From positions 3,520,001-3,584,000 of the forward strand of contig OY760074.1 of the NCBI GenBank assembly GCA_963663035.1: 64,000 nt of DNA, written 5' to 3'. This document shows, in pieces, positions 58,695 through 64,000 of the stretch. Each line of letters begins with the position of its first letter. Position 1 is the first letter of the stretch. A model generated the notes under the pieces. It was given only the letters and a program-made list of their open reading frames with translations, was not told where the DNA came from and searched no databases. A program made the position numbers and the translations under genes. This DNA is from Acidobacteriota bacterium. GTDB taxonomy: Bacteria; Acidobacteriota; UBA6911; RPQK01; JADFOI01.

Positions 58695-59375
58695 ATGAAA
58701 CGACTGGTCGTCTTCGATGTGGATGGAACGCTGACGCTCTCCAGGGAGTCTGACGAGAGACTGTTCGCTCAGTCTATTAGAGAGGTTCTTGGCATAAAAA
58801 GTGTCGATACCGAGTGGACCACTTATCGCAATGTGACTGACGTCGGGGTGATAGCGGAACTCATTGAAAGACACGGTCTGGAGCGGACAGTCCAATCGGT
58901 GCATGACCGTTTCATTGCTCTTCTTCGGTCAGAATCGGCTGTGACTCCAAACGCATGTTGCGAGGTCCCAGGGGCGGCAGGGATGCTTTCAGTTCTTCGC
59001 GAGCATCCAGATTTCGAGTGTGCGGTCGCAACAGGAGCCTGGTGCGACTCAGCCCTAATGAAGCTAGAGGCCGCGGGGTTAGAGATCGGCGGTCTGCCAT
59101 TAGCTACATGTGACGATTCTCCTCAACGCGAGGAGATTGTCCAGCAGGATATTGAACGCTCTCGCGCTCAATATCATTTGCCCACAGACACACCAGTCAC
59201 CCTGGGTGGAGATGCTCCGTGGGATGTTCTGGTAGCGACCAACTTGCAGTTCCAGTTTGTAGGGATTGGCAGCGGTCAGCAGGCTGAACGTCTAGTGGAG
59301 TGCGGTGCCAGGCATGGAAAGGAAAACTTCAACGACGTGGACCGCTTTCTGGAATTGGTCGCTCACGTTGAATAG
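58695..59375 (+). CDS. HAD-family hydrolase
   Basis: VFDVDGTL, VATG and GDAPWD motifs. Confidence 0.85.
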   Translation: MKRLVVFDVDGTLTLSRESDERLFAQSIREVLGIKSVDTEWTTYRNVTDVGVIAELIERHGLERTVQSVHDRFIALLRSESAVTPNACCEVPGAAGMLSVLREHPDFECAVATGAWCDSALMKLEAAGLEIGGLPLATCDDSPQREEIVQQDIERSRAQYHLPTDTPVTLGGDAPWDVLVATNLQFQFVGIGSGQQAERLVECGARHGKENFNDVDRFLELVAHVE

Positions 59376-59395
59376 ATGAGCACCAACATCCGCGT

Positions 59396-59848
59396 TCATT
59401 GGGAAACAATATCTGAGTGCAAGCCGATATGTGCCTCTGCTGCCTCTCTTGGGAGAAGCCTGCCGACTGTGATCTCCTTTCCTGGAATGTGGTCAAAAAC
59501 ATGCAGGGTAAACTCTTGGAATGTATCCATCATGGCCTGGTCTATCTCTGGAGCTTCTCCTGGTAGAGCAGCCAGGACGTTGTGGTCTTCGTCGCCGTCT
59601 TCAATCTGTTCAAGCAGCGCTATTGGTTCACATTCGACGAGCGTTCCAGTCTTGAGAGACTGTTCCGTGATCACGTAGCAGTCCAAATTGTCACCGTCCT
59701 CACTCGTGGTGTCCAGAATGAAGCCGTAGGGAAAGGGATAGGGTCGAGAGACAGTAATCGTACGCTTGTATTCCAGGGTCTTCTCGTCATGGAAGTGCTT
59801 CTGATCTGATCCAGCTTCGTTCTGAATGAAGACCTTAATCATCACCAT
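59396..59848 (-). CDS. Family I inorganic pyrophosphatase-like protein
   Basis: YPFPYGFI..T..EDGDNLD and EDGDED motifs; GGAG upstream of ATG 59848. Confidence 0.82.
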   Translation of the reverse strand: MVMIKVFIQNEAGSDQKHFHDEKTLEYKRTITVSRPYPFPYGFILDTTSEDGDNLDCYVITEQSLKTGTLVECEPIALLEQIEDGDEDHNVLAALPGEAPEIDQAMMDTFQEFTLHVFDHIPGKEITVGRLLPREAAEAHIGLHSDIVSQ

Positions 59849-59931
59849 GTCTCCAAACCGCAATATAGCACGTGAGGTTGAGTCTAGCCCCTCCCCAGTT
59901 GGCTCGCCCGAGTGTTAATATTGCTAAAGCG

Positions 59932-60447
59932 ATGTCGACGGTCCATTTGATCACGGGGCTTCCCTGTGCTGGGAAGACGACTTACTCGGAGAGTCTCAAG
60001 GCGGAAACTGCTGGTGTCCACCTGTCCTTGGACTATTGGTTAATCACCTCATTTGGACAATATTCCATTGATGAAGTTGGCCATGAGAAACATCTTGATC
60101 GGGTTATGGCGTGTCGGAAGTTGATTTGGGATGTGGCAACTGAATTACTCAACAGAGACATAGACGTGATCCTGGACGATGGCTTCTTTCTACGCGAAAC
60201 TCGTGTGCAGTACTCGGAATTCGCGATCTCACTGGGTGTGGGGAGTAGGACTCATTTTCTGGACACGCCCAAGCACATAATTCGTTCAAGAGTGTCTGAG
60301 CGGAACTTGGCTTTGCCTCGGTTCAATTTTAAGATTCGTTTGGCTTTGCTGGATTGGTTTTTCGAGACTTTTGAGAAACCCTCAGCAACCGAAGGCCCTG
60401 AGTTAGTGGTTATGGCGGAGGACGTGCAAAAGCCGACCGTAAGATAG
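59932..60447 (+). CDS. AAA_33-type P-loop kinase
   Basis: ITGLPCAGKTT, VILDDGF and FEKP...E motifs. Confidence 0.82.
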   Translation: MSTVHLITGLPCAGKTTYSESLKAETAGVHLSLDYWLITSFGQYSIDEVGHEKHLDRVMACRKLIWDVATELLNRDIDVILDDGFFLRETRVQYSEFAISLGVGSRTHFLDTPKHIIRSRVSERNLALPRFNFKIRLALLDWFFETFEKPSATEGPELVVMAEDVQKPTVR

Positions 60448-60452
60448 ACACC

Positions 60453-60920
60453 TCAGCATCCATCCTCGATTTTCAGATGCACTATGAGAATGCCTCTTTG
60501 TTGAATCTCATGATCTAGCAGCAACAACAGAGTGGTTCCGAAGTCTTGCTCGATGGTTCCGGCCATTCTATCGCAAGTGATTCTTCTGTTGAGCTTGTCA
60601 TCATCTAGGGAAATTATGAAGTCCTGCCTCACTTTCTTCAGCCTTTCCAGTTCCCTGATCAACTGGTCATATTCCTCACGGTCTTTGACGATTCGACAAC
60701 CACTACGGCCCAGGTTCTTCCCCAGAAGCCCTGTCTCGAGGGCAGACATGTATGCCTGATCAGAATCGATGAGATGCTGGGCGATATCCGCAAAGCTCAT
60801 CGTTGCATCTGTGCGCTTCCAGTTTTCCTTTCCCTGAGGAACAGATCTTAAGCGTTTCAGCGGGGACTCCCTGATCGAAGATGAGAAGCCTGCCAATCGC
60901 CTGAGGGCATCTTGGTCCAT
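60453..60920 (-). CDS. DinB-family protein, possibly degenerate
   Basis: MSFADIAQHL; HEIQQRG in place of the usual HE.HHRG. Confidence 0.7.
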   Translation of the reverse strand: MDQDALRRLAGFSSSIRESPLKRLRSVPQGKENWKRTDATMSFADIAQHLIDSDQAYMSALETGLLGKNLGRSGCRIVKDREEYDQLIRELERLKKVRQDFIISLDDDKLNRRITCDRMAGTIEQDFGTTLLLLLDHEIQQRGILIVHLKIEDGC

Positions 60921-60943
60921 AAGCTCGTTGTTATGATGACATG

Positions 60944-61591
60944 CTAGATGAATGCGGTCTTCAGATCGGCCGGGGTTTCCATAGTCAATTCCGGCCCAGC
61001 CTGCACAATCTCATTGTGATCGCCAAAACCCCAAAGCACACCCGCAGAGTCGAGATGGTTCAGCCGGGCCGCTTCGATATCTATGGATCGATCTCCGATC
61101 ATGATCGACCGGTGCTCTATGACGTTACGCTTTAGTAAGCCACCCAGTTGGTCCGACTTACTAATGCCAATATCCCCGCCGTCGATGAACTTGAATAGTT
61201 CCAATAGATGAAAGAGGTCTAGTATCTTCTCGGCGAAGTCCGCTCGTTTGGAGGTGCATAGTCCCAACCTAAAACCATTCGACTTTAGTGTTTTTAGTGC
61301 ATCGACAATCCCGTCATAAAGCCTGTTTTCTGAGTAGCCGACGTCGTGATATCGCTTGCGGTAGTCGGAAACCAGGAGTACAACTTTAGCTTCGTCGGCA
61401 TCGGGAGCTAAAGTGCGGAAAGTCCAATCTATCGGTGGCCCGATGAATTGTGAGACAGTGTCTTCGTTGATCTTGTCGTAGCCCTGCGACGCTAGGGCAA
61501 AGTTGATGCTTCTGCTAATCCCTTTGCTAGGGTTACTAATCGTTCCGTCTAAATCAAAAATGAGTGTGTGATATTCCACTGTAGGCTTCAT
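60944..61591 (-). CDS. HAD hydrolase (phosphoglycolate phosphatase / 5'-nucleotidase-like)
   Basis: IFDLDGT, FIGPP, CTSK, MIGDR..D and GVLWGFG motifs. Confidence 0.9.
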   Translation of the reverse strand: MKPTVEYHTLIFDLDGTISNPSKGISRSINFALASQGYDKINEDTVSQFIGPPIDWTFRTLAPDADEAKVVLLVSDYRKRYHDVGYSENRLYDGIVDALKTLKSNGFRLGLCTSKRADFAEKILDLFHLLELFKFIDGGDIGISKSDQLGGLLKRNVIEHRSIMIGDRSIDIEAARLNHLDSAGVLWGFGDHNEIVQAGPELTMETPADLKTAFI

Positions 61592-61654
61592 AACCGAAAG
61601 GTCTCAGCACGTTCCAGTTAACAGACTTTGTGGCAGCCAGCTCGAGCAGCACTT

Positions 61655-62104
61655 CTAGCTCGATTTCCACTTTCTGCGCTTTGGTTCTCCGCCTTCATAG
61701 ATCGTTGAGATGACTTCTTCGACACTCAGTCCGAACAACACGTAACGCTCCCTAGGATTAAATTCGATCTTTCTGGCTTGCGCAAAGGCCTTTTCCCGGA
61801 CGTCGCTATCCTCAACTACTCGAGCTTGTCCGCGGACGAGAAATTCCCCCTGGCCACCAGCGCTATCTTCAGCCGCACAGTGCATTGCGTACCATGGATT
61901 CCTACGCAGATCCTGACCTTTCGGAGAGCTCGGTTCCATGTACACATACAGATCGCCATATGAGATGAAAGGAGATACCGGATGGACTCGGGGCGTTCCG
62001 TCACGACGTGACGTGCCCAAGTATGCAATCCTTGAATGAAGTCGCTTCCTGCCGTAAGAGGCTAGATCAGGCGCAGACGTTTCGAATTCTTCCCAAGTTG
62101 CCAA
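61655..62104 (-). CDS. Pyridoxamine 5'-phosphate oxidase-family flavin-binding protein
   Basis: YLGT.RRDGTPRVHPV and SPK..DL.RNP motifs. Confidence 0.82.
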   Translation of the reverse strand: MATWEEFETSAPDLASYGRKRLHSRIAYLGTSRRDGTPRVHPVSPFISYGDLYVYMEPSSPKGQDLRRNPWYAMHCAAEDSAGGQGEFLVRGQARVVEDSDVREKAFAQARKIEFNPRERYVLFGLSVEEVISTIYEGGEPKRRKWKSS

Positions 62105-62137
62105 AAGAAAACCTTCCTACGTGCTTTGGACGGACGG

Positions 62138-62785
62138 CTATTGATCGTTCAGGCAAAGTGGCAGAATCTCTGCCAGCCTGTGTACCGTCGGCACATTGTC
62201 CGTCGTCAGTGTCCAGTAGGGGACGAATCTCCATACGGCGACCAGACCAGCTCTCTTGGCGCCCGCCACGTCCACCTCTGGATGATCCCCAACAAACAGT
62301 GCTTCGCCTTGCTCGACACCGCATCGCTCGAGAGCCCGGTGAAATATCTCCGATTCTGGCTTTCTCACACCCTCGGATCCAGATATGAGGACCGTGTCAA
62401 ACACCGATGATATCCTCAAGAACTCGAGCTTCTTCCGGTGCTCCTGCAACGTCTCCAACGTGGTCCGTGTGTCATCGGGCAGGCGAGGTTTTGGCGTTGC
62501 GGGATCAACCTTGCAACGGCCATCGTAGTCTGACCAGAAATGCTCAAGAAGCCGGGCAGCCAGTTCCGGGCCGGCCCCCCATTCTTCGGCCGCCTGTCTA
62601 TACGCCTTCAACTTACTACCGTAGCCATGATTCTCCAGCTCGAGGAGTCGCTGTACAAACTGGTCCTTGCCTACGCCGTCGAGCTCAGCCCGAAAGACCT
62701 CAAACTGATAGGAAAAGAGGTCCGCAACAAAGGCATCGCGATCGTACAGGGTGCCATCTAGGTCGAAAAACACAGCCTTTATCAT
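62138..62785 (-). pseudogene. HAD hydrolase with apparent in-frame deletion of motif II
   Basis: FFDLDGTL, RKP...IF and VGDHP..DV.GA are present, but no (T/S)NG motif II in TLQEHRKKLEFL. Confidence 0.65.
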
Positions 62786-63219
62786 TCACGCTGGCAAGAG
62801 GGGACCAATCAGTCCAGGCGTCACCTATTGAACTGCGAATCTGCGGTCTTCAGACCTCCACCTACTCCTTTCTGCTAATTTGTCTACGACATTTCTACCA
62901 CAGAGTGGCCCGAAGCAGAGGAAAAACAGGGTGAAGCGGTCCAGTGTGGGACCGGAAGACGCTGGGATGTTGGATTACGACACGGAAAGGGAGAATCGGG
63001 GGGAGCAGGTCACAGCAACTAGCTGTGCACGGTTTCATGCCTCACATGGTGAGAAGGACACAGCCCAGGCCCTACTGCTGCGGATCAATCGAGAGCCTTA
63101 GCGGCTAGCAATTAACCCCAGTCTTCTCTTGCTGCTATCCAGGCGGTGAGTGTGGTGACGGCTACAATTGACATCATGAAGATCATGTTCTTTTTATACC
63201 CTAAAGGGCTGGGAGACGC

Positions 63220-63235
63220 TGTGACCCAGGTCACT
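63220..63235. promoter_or_regulatory. CRP/FNR-family-like site
   Basis: TGTGA-CCCAGG-TCACT, one mismatch to TGTGA-N6-TCACA, about 100 nt upstream of ORF 63332. Confidence 0.35.
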
Positions 63236-63331
63236 AAACTCTTTGGGCGAGCAGATCTGCGCGGAGAGAATGAAGGTTCGTAGTGACATTTCGAAATTCG
63301 AAGCGTTAATATCTAGTACAGTTTGTAGCTC

Positions 63332-63880
63332 ATGCATTCTAGCCCACCCAACTCCAGAGGCAAGTTCACAGGTTCCCGGAGTTACGAGACGTGGGTTTTC
63401 TTGCTCATTAATCTGGTTGCCGCTTACTTTTTTACGCAGCTGCGATTTGAGTTAGGCCGCGAGTACCCAAGGGCCTCTTACACGGCTCTTGCGGATTTCA
63501 CTGCTCCTCTGCCATTCCAAGCCCGAGTTCTTATCCCAGCCTTAATTCGATCTACTGGTTCATTGCTGGGCGGAGAGGTTGCGCCCATGCTGTTGGCCTG
63601 GATTTTCGATTTCTTCGCCATTGTGTTGGCAGTCATTGGCTTTAGGAGATACCTCAGGGCGTGGCTTTCACCTTACAGCTGCTCCTTCGCCGCGATACTA
63701 CTTTACCTCCTTCTTCCCTTTCACTTTCTTTTCCTTGGTCAACGTAACCTCTACCCCTATGACTTACCCGCTCTTGCCTTTATCGCATGGGGGCTTGTGT
63801 TGGGGCGAGAGCGAAATTGGAAGTTCTATTACCCCCTCTTCTTCTTTGCCTGGAGCTACCCTCAAAAGGTGTGTAAATAG
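63332..63880 (+). pseudogene. Polytopic membrane protein truncated by an IS end
   Basis: PFQ.RVL.P and YPYD.P..AF segments; last codons come from the IS-like terminus. Confidence 0.6.
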
Positions 63881-64000
63881 CACAGGCGGTGATTATCCTT
63901 CCGGGTGAAAATAAAAACCCGGGCGGAAGAGCCCGAAAGGAAGGAGTCACACCGCCATGAGCAAGAAGAACATTGATCACAGTGTGGAGTCAAGAGTCTG
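63852..64000 (+). mobile_element. Probable left end of an IS256-type element, transposase start at 63957
   Basis: GGAGCTACCCTCAAAAGGTGTGTAAATAG terminus-like sequence, then AAGGAG RBS and ATG; cut off by the window edge. Confidence 0.45.

Noticed and set aside
51480-64000. Complete integron or prophage
   Set aside because: No integron integrase, full attC palindromes or phage genes seen.

Overview
Bacterial chromosomal window; gene order and protein style suggest Acidobacteriota (inference, not verified). A ~46 kb housekeeping core (5.4-51.5 kb) holds a SurA/PpiD-like gene, probable 6S RNA, mreBCD-mrdA-rodA, rne/rng, mazG, ribF, gatCA, argCDB, rsmI, pdxJ, gltX, pyk, acs, purB/E/D, mtaB, acpS, galU, serS, add, tRNA-Leu and tRNA-Ser. 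Two decaying accessory regions flank it, one around tRNA-Ala (1-5.3 kb) and one after tRNA-Ser (51.5-64 kb). Mobile DNA: two near-identical IS3-family copies whose four flanks are four unrelated truncated genes, a 5'-truncated IS1380 fused to pyk, a probable IS256-type end, two MITE families and REP-like hairpins. Best candidates for new biology: (1) a DUF1611/DgcN-like P-loop protein heading an ARG-box-controlled argC-argD-argB operon where an N-acetylglutamate synthase is expected, and (2) an unannotated leader-peptide attenuator (promoter, 24-codon uORF, antiterminator, terminator) upstream of a methyltransferase-MOSC-MFS operon. All family calls come from reading motifs by eye; no searches were run.
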